Positions 10,018 through 17,741 of a DNA stretch of 64,000 nt are shown here, piece by piece; position 1 is the first letter of the stretch, and each line of letters opens with the position of its first letter. The DNA comes from Gammaproteobacteria bacterium. Lineage in GTDB: Bacteria; Pseudomonadota; Gammaproteobacteria; Ga0077554; Ga007554. The position numbers and the translations under genes are program-made. The stretch spans positions 983,314-1,047,313 of the forward strand of contig JAMPIW010000007.1 in NCBI GenBank assembly GCA_040183005.1, in the 5' to 3' direction. Below the pieces are notes generated by a model that had not been told where the DNA came from, searched no databases, and worked only from the letters and a program-made list of their open reading frames with translations.

Positions 10018-11949
10018 TTAACCATAGACCACGAATCCCCCCGCCGGCACACTGACCCTTACCGCTCTGCCGTTGCGCGGCTCGATGGACGCCATGGCGC
10101 CGATCTGCGCGGGGTTGGTCGAGTAGAGGCAGGTCAGCGCCCCCGGTGCGGCGTGCAGGGCGGCGTCGATGGTCACCCAAGCCGACCGCTCGCTGTCCGC
10201 GTCGGTGTTGATGGCCAGCAGGATCTCCTGGTTGTTGAAGAGGCGCGACCAGGGCACCAGCGAGAGGATTCGGCCTCCGATCATGCGGGGCAGGCCGAAG
10301 GTGCCCGGCTCGCCGCTGTCGGAGATCTCGCGCAGGTACTGGCGGCCGCGCCGCAGGGGGAGAAGATCGCGGCGCAGTGTCGTCACCTCGGCGATGAAGC
10401 GGTAGATCTCGTGGTCTTCGTTAAAGAAGTGGCGGTCAATGCTCTGCAGTGAGCCGAAGTCACCGCCGAACATACACTCACGCAGGAACCGGTCGTTGTC
10501 TCCCGCCCCGTCGAAGCCCTGCTCGGTGCCATAGTAAAGGCAGGGGATGCCCATGGAGGTGAGGTTGAGGCCCAGCACGGCCTTGAGGTGGGCATAACCA
10601 TTGTTGATTTTGTCGCTGCAGAAACGGCCCTTGTTTTCGCCCTTGCGCACCTGGTCGTGATCGTCGAACAGGGTGACGACGTGCTTGCCGAACCAGACGT
10701 GGGAGGATTTGTTCACCAGCGCCGAGTTGCGGAACAGGTTGAAGTAATCGGTGGGCTCGCGCCAGCCCTTGGCCAGGTAGTCCATGCGGTCGGGGATGTC
10801 GTCTATCCCCAGGGCCGCGTCCAGGCCGGTTAGCTCCAGGGTGTTATAGGCATTCTCGCGCCCACCAGTGATCTCGCCCACCAGGAAGAAGTTTTCCTTG
10901 CCCAGGGTCTGGGCGAATTCCTTGATGACTGCAGCGAAGTAGCGCGTCGCGCCCGGTTCCATGTGTTTGACGGTGTCAATGCGAAAGCCGTCGATGTCGG
11001 CCAGGGCGATCCAGAACTTGTAGACATCGCACAGGGTGTCTAGAGCCGGAGTATTGTGGAAGGCGTCTACAATGCGCCTGTTCTGCGCGTCCCGGTCGTG
11101 CTCGCCGTGGTGAACATCCTTCAGGGTGACGAAGTCGCCCTCATAGTATTCGGGATCATAGTCCCAGCTATTGATGCGGCCCTTGGCGGTAAATGTGGCT
11201 GCGTCTTGCAGTTCCGATGGCCACACAGCGTCGTTGGGCCAGGCGTTGCCGTGGGTGGTGGGGTCGATGGCAGTGAAAGGGATATTGGCCTCGCCAAAGG
11301 CGTTGCGCCAGCCCGCCACCGGATAGGGTCTGCCATCCCAGCGCGGATCAATGTAGGTATTCCCCTTATCGTCCTTGGCGGGATAACGGTTCGGATTATT
11401 CTGGTAACCGAACACGTCGCCGGTGTGGTTGAGAATGATGTCCAGGATCACACAGATGCCATGGGCATGGGCCGTGTTCACCAGGTCGATGAGGTCCTGG
11501 CGGGTGCCGAAATGGGGGTCTACATCGAGGAAGTTCTGGATGCCGTAACCGTGGTAGGAGTGCTTGTCTGACTCCACCTGCTTGAACACCGGGCTGATCC
11601 ACAACGTACTCACGCCCATGCGTTGCAGGTAGCCGATCTTGCTCTCCAGTCCTTTCAGTGTGCCGCCCAGCCACTCATCACCGGCATCGGCCCAGGTGGC
11701 CCGATCCGCCTTGTAGGCATCGTCGGGAAAGCGGAACGGGAGCGTGGTACCGCTGGCAACGGGATTGCCGGCAAGGTCGCGATAGTCTTTTTCCCGTCCG
11801 TCGGAAAAACGGTCGAGCATCAGGAAGTAGAGCACCTGATCCTCCCAGGCTGGAGGGGAAGCCCGGTATTTTGGGCGCCGCAGGGTAGTCCAGTTGATGT
11901 CGGTAAGGCTACGTTCCAGTTGCGCGTGGGTGGTGTTGTCGATGTTCAT
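10018..11949 (-). CDS. GH13 alpha-amylase-family glycosidase, cytoplasmic, 643 aa
   Basis: FLMLDRFSDG, GGTLKGL, YHGYG, DIILNH, DGFRIDTVKH (nucleophile), LVGEI (acid/base), DDHD. Start placed at ATG 11949 behind a GGAGG RBS; no signal peptide. Confidence 0.92.
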   Translation of the reverse strand: MNIDNTTHAQLERSLTDINWTTLRRPKYRASPPAWEDQVLYFLMLDRFSDGREKDYRDLAGNPVASGTTLPFRFPDDAYKADRATWADAGDEWLGGTLKGLESKIGYLQRMGVSTLWISPVFKQVESDKHSYHGYGIQNFLDVDPHFGTRQDLIDLVNTAHAHGICVILDIILNHTGDVFGYQNNPNRYPAKDDKGNTYIDPRWDGRPYPVAGWRNAFGEANIPFTAIDPTTHGNAWPNDAVWPSELQDAATFTAKGRINSWDYDPEYYEGDFVTLKDVHHGEHDRDAQNRRIVDAFHNTPALDTLCDVYKFWIALADIDGFRIDTVKHMEPGATRYFAAVIKEFAQTLGKENFFLVGEITGGRENAYNTLELTGLDAALGIDDIPDRMDYLAKGWREPTDYFNLFRNSALVNKSSHVWFGKHVVTLFDDHDQVRKGENKGRFCSDKINNGYAHLKAVLGLNLTSMGIPCLYYGTEQGFDGAGDNDRFLRECMFGGDFGSLQSIDRHFFNEDHEIYRFIAEVTTLRRDLLPLRRGRQYLREISDSGEPGTFGLPRMIGGRILSLVPWSRLFNNQEILLAINTDADSERSAWVTIDAALHAAPGALTCLYSTNPAQIGAMASIEPRNGRAVRVSVPAGGFVVYG

Positions 11950-12002
11950 GATGTAGACCTCCTGTCTGTCTGATTGATCAGGCCGAAATCGGCCCCCTGC
12001 AT

Positions 12003-12206
12003 TTATCCTTCTTGATCCAATGCGGCAAGTTGCTCCTCGAACCAGCCGATCCAGTCCTGATGATTGGGCGGCAGTCGGCTGCTGGCGCAGCAGACTTTCG
12101 AGTTCGGCCAGCACTTCCACCGTCATCATGCCGCGTATGCCGCCGCCGAGGGCGAGGACTTTCTTGGGGCCGGGGCTTGGATGCGGGCTATGAGTTGTTC
12201 GTTCAT
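12003..12206 (-). pseudogene. Deletion scar: 5' end of a second patatin gene fused to the 3' end of a TPR gene
   Basis: 12206-12079 reads MNEQLIARIQAP/GPKKVLAL-GGGIRGMMTVEVLAELE (paralog of 1469-1350, with 1-bp and 3-bp deletions). 12078-12003 reads RLPPNHQDWIGWFEEQLAALDQEG* (paralog of the end of 13515-15473). Confidence 0.88.
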
Positions 12207-12225
12207 GATTTCCACTCCATGTTGC

Positions 12226-13395
12226 CTATCGCACCAAGGTCATCGGGCCTGCTTCACCCGTGACAAGATTGCGGTAATTACCCGTCATCTGCCTGCTGTT
12301 GGCGGAAACCTGAAGCCTTGCCTCACCACCGGTGTTGTCAAGGCGGGCATACTCAATCGTCACCACGCCCTGCACGATCGTCCCCGCTCCCTGGGCAATC
12401 AGTAGTTGGTTCCAGTTAAACAATTGGACGTTGACGTTGCTTCCCGACTGCTGAAAAATGTAAATACCATCTGGGCCGCGCCATGAACCGCTGATGTCAA
12501 TAAACGCCGACGCGGGCGATGCCGGAACGGAGGACGCAGGCACTGCAGGCGCCGATATGGGGAGATTTTCCGATGAAGGTTGGGGGTCAACAACCGGCGG
12601 CGCGGACGGATCGGATGTTGTCAGTGTTCCGATAAAGGCGAGGGTCAGGATACCGCCTAAAACCATGCCGCTGATGGCCAGTACCTTCCCTTTTGCGCCG
12701 CCTGCATCGGGGCTGCGCTTCACATCGTAAAACGCAGCGATACCCAGACCCAGCGCAATAAGCGCGAATACCAATGCGCCTATTTTCGTGTCTTGATCAT
12801 CGACACTTAACTCTGAGTACGAGATCATCAGCAGCACACCCAAGACCAGGCTGGCGATGGGCTTCCAACTGGTTTTTTTCGTAACATGCGGAGTCGGTTT
12901 GGGGGGTTCGGGCGGGCGCGGCCCGACCGGCGTCACCCCGGCTTTTTCCAGCACCTTTACCAGTTGCTGCGTATCGAACTCCCAGCGGTTGTCACTTACC
13001 TCTAAAGCCTGCCGCTTGCACAGCCGCTTAAGGTCTTCCGGCAGGCTGCCCTCTTCGGGCATGGTCGCTCCCTCTACAAGCACCGGGACCACCCGGATGT
13101 CGCGCTTGAGGGCTGCGGAAATCTCCATGCGGACAAAATCGTTGGCATCCTCCAACCGGCGATTGCCCTTTTCGTCCACCACCGTGAGCCACTGTTTGCC
13201 GATCACCACAATCAGGACTTTGCACGAAGATACTGCCTTCTCAATGACCCTATCGAACTCAAGGCCTGGCTCGATACTGCCCGAGACGTCCATGAACACT
13301 TGATCCTTGCCAAAATACTGGCTCAGCCAGTCGAAGAGCCTCCCTGCCTCCGACCGTGCATCGCCACGCCTGTAGTTAATGAATACACCCGCCAT
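12226..13395 (-). CDS. TIR domain - three TM helices (DUF4190-like) - C-terminal beta-rich domain
   Basis: VFINYRRGD...AGRLFDWL...FVRMEI TIR; three hydrophobic segments; Pro/Ser linker; beta-strand-rich C-terminus. Confidence 0.85.
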   Translation of the reverse strand: MAGVFINYRRGDARSEAGRLFDWLSQYFGKDQVFMDVSGSIEPGLEFDRVIEKAVSSCKVLIVVIGKQWLTVVDEKGNRRLEDANDFVRMEISAALKRDIRVVPVLVEGATMPEEGSLPEDLKRLCKRQALEVSDNRWEFDTQQLVKVLEKAGVTPVGPRPPEPPKPTPHVTKKTSWKPIASLVLGVLLMISYSELSVDDQDTKIGALVFALIALGLGIAAFYDVKRSPDAGGAKGKVLAISGMVLGGILTLAFIGTLTTSDPSAPPVVDPQPSSENLPISAPAVPASSVPASPASAFIDISGSWRGPDGIYIFQQSGSNVNVQLFNWNQLLIAQGAGTIVQGVVTIEYARLDNTGGEARLQVSANSRQMTGNYRNLVTGEAGPMTLVR

Positions 13396-13514
13396 TTGAA
13401 TTCCCCCTTATTTAGATAAACACCCGCTTATGCGGGTTTCGTGCTTCAAATCCCTAGATATTCAACAAATCAATGTCGCCCCCTCGGCCTCTCCTGTGTT
13501 TAGGTGATTGGAAA

Positions 13515-15473
13515 TTAATCGCCATCAAGTTTATGCAATTGTGCCTCGAACCAGCCGATCCAATCCTGATTGGGCGGCAGTTGGCCGCGAGTCTTCAAAC
13601 CTTGCTGAATATCAAGGCCACGCCGCAGATAGCCGCGCCGCTCGTCTGCCGACAGGCCAGCGTGCATACCGAGTTTCCCGCAGGACATGACGATATCGAT
13701 TTGCCACTGCACATTGGCCGCATCGCGCGCGGCCAGCGTTTCGCGGATGTCGAGGCTGTTGCGGTAGGCCGCCAGCGCACCCGCCAGATCGCCCTGCGCC
13801 ACCCGCACGTCGCCAATCTTGTTGTGACTGATCGACAGGTTGCGCTGCCACTCAGTGTTGGCGGCATCGAGTGCGGCCAACGTCTCGCAAATTTCATGGC
13901 TCTTGCGGTAGGCTGCCAGCGCCCCCGCTAGGTCGCCCTGTGCCACCAGCACATCGCCGATGCCGTCGTGACCGACCGCCAGGTCGCGCTGCCACCCGGT
14001 GTTGGCGGCATCGCGCGCGACCAGCGTCTCGCAAATTTCATGGTTCTTGCAGTAGGCTGCCAGCGCCCCCGCCAAGTCGCCCTGCGCCACCCTCACGTCG
14101 CCGATCCTGTTGTGGCTGACCGACAGGTCGCGCTGCCACTCGGTGTTGGCTGGATCGCGCGCGGCCAGCGTCTCGTGGATGTCGAGGCTGTTGCGGTAGG
14201 CCGCCAGCGCACCCGCCAGGCCGCCCTGCGCCACCAGCACATCGCCGATGCCGTCGTGACCGACCGCCAGGTCGCGCTGCCACTGCGTGTTGGCCGCATC
14301 GCGCGCGGCCAGCGCCTCGGCAATAGCGAGGCTGTTGCGGTAGGCCGCCAGCGCCGCCGCCAGGTCGCCCTGCGCCACCAGTACGTCGCCAATTCTGTTG
14401 TGACTCACCGACAGGTCGCGCTGAGCCTCATCATTGTCGGCGTCTGATGCCACACGCTGTTCAGCCACTGACTGTGCAATATCATAGCTGCGTCGGGCCG
14501 CCGCCAAGTCACCCAAGGCCACGTGCAGATCGCCGACATAAAAATGGGTTTCGATGTCCTCGGGATCGTGTTCTGCCGCCCGTTGATAAGCTGCTAACGC
14601 AGCGCGTACATCGTGTGAAAAAGCCAGTGCACCTTGTTCGCGTGCGAGCGCCGCCGCGCGTCGGCGAGCGGCGATTTCATCCTCACCGGTGACTTGTGGT
14701 GATTGGGCTTCTTCGTCTGCGGCGCGTTCTTCGGCGCGCATCAGGGCTTCAGCCGGTTGGGTATCGCCTTCTTGCAACGCCACTGCGGCGGCGATCTGCG
14801 CCGTGCTCGCGTCGGGTTGGGCAGCAGCAGTCAGTGTGCGCGCCACGGCCATTTGCAATTGCGTTTCCAATTCAGTGACGCGATTACTCATCTCAATAAC
14901 GCTGTTACGCAATGTGGTGTTTTCGGTATCTTTGCTATCAAGCTGTCGCGTCAGTGTAGCGATGATCTGCATCACTTCCGGGGAGTTTGGGGAGACCTGG
15001 GATGTGACCCCTTGCAGCTTCTGAATTTCGTTCTGTACCCCGGTGCTCAAGGCCTGAATCAGGTCTTTAATATCGCTGAATTCTGCGGGGCGGGCGTCGC
15101 GCTGTACTTCCTCGCGAAAGGCCTGGACGCAATTGAACAGATGCGAGTGGCCGATATCAGACAGCGCGACATCGGGAATGCTGGTGCGTAGCAAGGCGAT
15201 GTGAGGCTTGCCTTTGCCGCGACGGTACTCCAGATGTGTAATCGAGAGATTGTCCGGGTTGCCGTCGCCGGGCTGAAACCCATAACGGTGGCCCAATATC
15301 AGCACATACAAGTCGCAGCCGTCTATATCCGCCAGGCAACTGTCACGCACTGTCTCGCTGTCTGGACGATAGCTATGCACCGGCTGATGATTCGCCGCCA
15401 CGAGCCAGTCGAACACCGCCTTACGCTCATCCTCCAGGTCCTTCAAGGTGGATGAGACATACACTCTAGCCAT
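13515..15473 (-). CDS. DUF4062 (TIR-like) - helical/coiled-coil - TPR protein, no NTPase
   Basis: VYVSSTLKDLEDER...CDLYVLILGHRYG...SITHLEY; five 48-aa repeats at the C-terminus. Confidence 0.85.
   Translation of the reverse strand: MARVYVSSTLKDLEDERKAVFDWLVAANHQPVHSYRPDSETVRDSCLADIDGCDLYVLILGHRYGFQPGDGNPDNLSITHLEYRRGKGKPHIALLRTSIPDVALSDIGHSHLFNCVQAFREEVQRDARPAEFSDIKDLIQALSTGVQNEIQKLQGVTSQVSPNSPEVMQIIATLTRQLDSKDTENTTLRNSVIEMSNRVTELETQLQMAVARTLTAAAQPDASTAQIAAAVALQEGDTQPAEALMRAEERAADEEAQSPQVTGEDEIAARRRAAALAREQGALAFSHDVRAALAAYQRAAEHDPEDIETHFYVGDLHVALGDLAAARRSYDIAQSVAEQRVASDADNDEAQRDLSVSHNRIGDVLVAQGDLAAALAAYRNSLAIAEALAARDAANTQWQRDLAVGHDGIGDVLVAQGGLAGALAAYRNSLDIHETLAARDPANTEWQRDLSVSHNRIGDVRVAQGDLAGALAAYCKNHEICETLVARDAANTGWQRDLAVGHDGIGDVLVAQGDLAGALAAYRKSHEICETLAALDAANTEWQRNLSISHNKIGDVRVAQGDLAGALAAYRNSLDIRETLAARDAANVQWQIDIVMSCGKLGMHAGLSADERRGYLRRGLDIQQGLKTRGQLPPNQDWIGWFEAQLHKLDGD
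13704..14423 (-). repeat. Five 144-bp (48-aa) TPR-like tandem repeats
   Basis: Unit QRDLxVxHxxIGDVxVAQGDLAGALAAYRxSxxIxETLAARDAANTxW. Confidence 0.9.
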
Positions 15474-15500
15474 TCACAACCCCTTGATAGTTTCTGTGGC

Positions 15501-17489
15501 TCACCAAAGCTTCCGCGTATCCAGCCACGTTACCTGCCCCGTTCGTTCATTCACCTCGTTATACATATGCGCCGTCCCGCCCGGCCCGTCACCCCCTTCA
15601 CCATTCCACAGACAAACGAACCGCACCTTGTCCACACCGCAGGCGAGTGCGGTATAGAGCAGCCAGAGGTTGCAGCGTTCGTAGGGGTAGCCGGGTTCGG
15701 CATGCGGTGGTGGCTCACCCAGTGCATCCGGCGCGGAGCGAATGGGGGCAGCGAGTTTGGCCTTGGCGTCGAGGTAGCGGTTGCGCCAGGTCTCGCCGAC
15801 GCGTACCACAGATTTCTGAATGAAATCGGGTTCGTGAAACGGTTGCAGCCAATGCACTTTTACCCCGCGCTGCTGGCAGGCCTCGGTAAACAACAGATCG
15901 CCACCGCAGGCGCCTTGGGTGAGGGCGAGGTCATCGGGGCCGGCGCCGAGTTGGTCCAGCGCTTCGGCGATTTTCTGCGCGGCAATGGATTCCTTGTCGG
16001 CCGGAAAGCGCGGCGTGGCGCGGTCTGGCGTGTCGATCATGTGGCCGCTGAACAGGAACACTTGGCGCGGCTGCCAGCGCTCCTCGGGTGGGGTGAGTTT
16101 TTGCAGGGCACGGTCGAAGGTGGCGATGCCGGCGTCGACATGCTCCGGGTGAAAGCCGAGGTCCTTGAGCAGTTGCAGTTGCGCGCGGCTGGAGTTGAGC
16201 GCGAACCAGTCCTTGTCGTTTTTGGCGATGGCTTCCTTGTAGGCCTCCTTGACCGTCTCCGGCGTGCCGACCAGCACCTCGAGATCGCCGAGGGCCGCCA
16301 GGGACCAGAAGCGCTGACTGTCGTCCGGCTCGCACTCTGCGGCGAAGCGCACTGCACCGGCCATGGTATACATCTCACTGTCGTAGCGGGTGTCATTGGT
16401 GAGGTGGCGATAGAGATGCATCAGCGTGAGCGCGTTGATGCCGGAGTAGTAATGGCTGGGGTTGCGGCGGTAGCCCTTGGTGTAGCTGTCGATAGCGGCG
16501 CGCAGCAGGGCGTCTTCGTAAGCGGCCTCATCGCGCATCTGCGCCGGGGTCTTGCCGCTCTGGCGCCAAGCGGCGGTCCAGGCGTCCTTGTCGACGCGGC
16601 CCAGCAGCGCCCAGGTTTCCGGGTCAGTGGGGTAGGTGTCTAAAACGTTTCGATAGTGTTCGCGTGCCCTGTCCAACGAATGGCCGGGACAGCCAGCACA
16701 GGCCAGCCGTTGCAGGCAGATGCCCTTCCCCTGCAACCCCTTGAGGTTGCCCGGCTCGATCTCCAGTCCGCGTTCGAGCTGTTCCAGCGCGAAATCAAAG
16801 CGCTCGGCCTTGCGCAAGGCCTCACCCGCCCGGATCCAGGCCTCGGCGCGAAAGGCGGCGACGGGGGCTTCGTCCGCGAGCACCAGTACATCGCCGATAC
16901 GCCCTGCCTTGCGCGCCAACTCGACGCGATCTTGCCAGGCATCGTGCTGCTCCCAGAACTCGCGCACATCGCCAATGCGCAGCGACTTCCAGTCCGGCTC
17001 CTGCAGGTTGGGCAGCAGTTGATACACCGGGCTCACCTTGCGGCCGTGCCAGGATTCCATCGTCGCCTGCACCATCGCAGTAAGCTGGCGCATGTCGCTC
17101 TCCAGTGTTGCCGGGTCTGGCCCGCCGTCCTTGATGTTGTAGCGCAGCTTGCGGTCGGTGTAGAGGTCGAAGGCGGTCGTGACCTGTCCGCCGCACACGA
17201 TGACCACGCCGCGCGCGCGCAACGCATGGCGCACGCCGAGTTCGTACCAGACATTGGGATTGGCGAGTGTGAGGTCAGCCACCACCAGATCGGCGATCAG
17301 TAATTCCTGAAACATGTCGGTGCGAATGTCACCGGCTTGCCGTTCTTCATCCGCACGAAAAACATCCAGCCCGGCCGCCTCAAGCGCAGGCTTGATCAGC
17401 TCGGCATAGACACGATTGAAATCGATATCGCTGCCCTGGCTATCCTTCTTCGTGCCGAAAGGCATGGCGACAAACGCGTGCAGTTTCAC
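15501..17489 (-). CDS. Nucleoside deoxyribohydrolase-like domain - TPR-S (DUF4071/MAP3K TRAF-binding-like) - SLOG-fold domain
   Basis: AFVAMPFG, ADLVVADLTLANPNVWYELGVRHAL; TPR block with ETWALLGRVDKD and YYSGINALTL; C-terminal FSGHMID...TQGACGGD...RCN...GPGGT. Likely GTG start at 17489. Confidence 0.8.
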   Translation of the reverse strand: MKLHAFVAMPFGTKKDSQGSDIDFNRVYAELIKPALEAAGLDVFRADEERQAGDIRTDMFQELLIADLVVADLTLANPNVWYELGVRHALRARGVVIVCGGQVTTAFDLYTDRKLRYNIKDGGPDPATLESDMRQLTAMVQATMESWHGRKVSPVYQLLPNLQEPDWKSLRIGDVREFWEQHDAWQDRVELARKAGRIGDVLVLADEAPVAAFRAEAWIRAGEALRKAERFDFALEQLERGLEIEPGNLKGLQGKGICLQRLACAGCPGHSLDRAREHYRNVLDTYPTDPETWALLGRVDKDAWTAAWRQSGKTPAQMRDEAAYEDALLRAAIDSYTKGYRRNPSHYYSGINALTLMHLYRHLTNDTRYDSEMYTMAGAVRFAAECEPDDSQRFWSLAALGDLEVLVGTPETVKEAYKEAIAKNDKDWFALNSSRAQLQLLKDLGFHPEHVDAGIATFDRALQKLTPPEERWQPRQVFLFSGHMIDTPDRATPRFPADKESIAAQKIAEALDQLGAGPDDLALTQGACGGDLLFTEACQQRGVKVHWLQPFHEPDFIQKSVVRVGETWRNRYLDAKAKLAAPIRSAPDALGEPPPHAEPGYPYERCNLWLLYTALACGVDKVRFVCLWNGEGGDGPGGTAHMYNEVNERTGQVTWLDTRKLW

Positions 17490-17741
17490 CCTGCTCTCCC
17501 TTTGGTTTCTGGCGCGCCTAGCGCGCAGCCCATTCTCCACTTAGGCGCTATGATCGACAACAACGCCGCGCGGATAGTGATTCATTCGTCAATGTTTTTT
17601 ATCATAGCAGCATACTAGAGTCTGGCGATTTATTTGAGCTTCTCTCTGAACGCCGCAGCCTACGAATCGCCATGCACCGGCATGGCAGCCGTCGACGGGC
17701 AGCACGATTCTGCGGCCGGCGGAGCGGCGTCGGCTTGTCAC

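Noticed and set aside
11950-12129. 60-aa N-terminal extension of the GH13 ORF in the track
   Set aside because: It is read-through of the patatin/TPR scar; a strong RBS supports the start at 11949.
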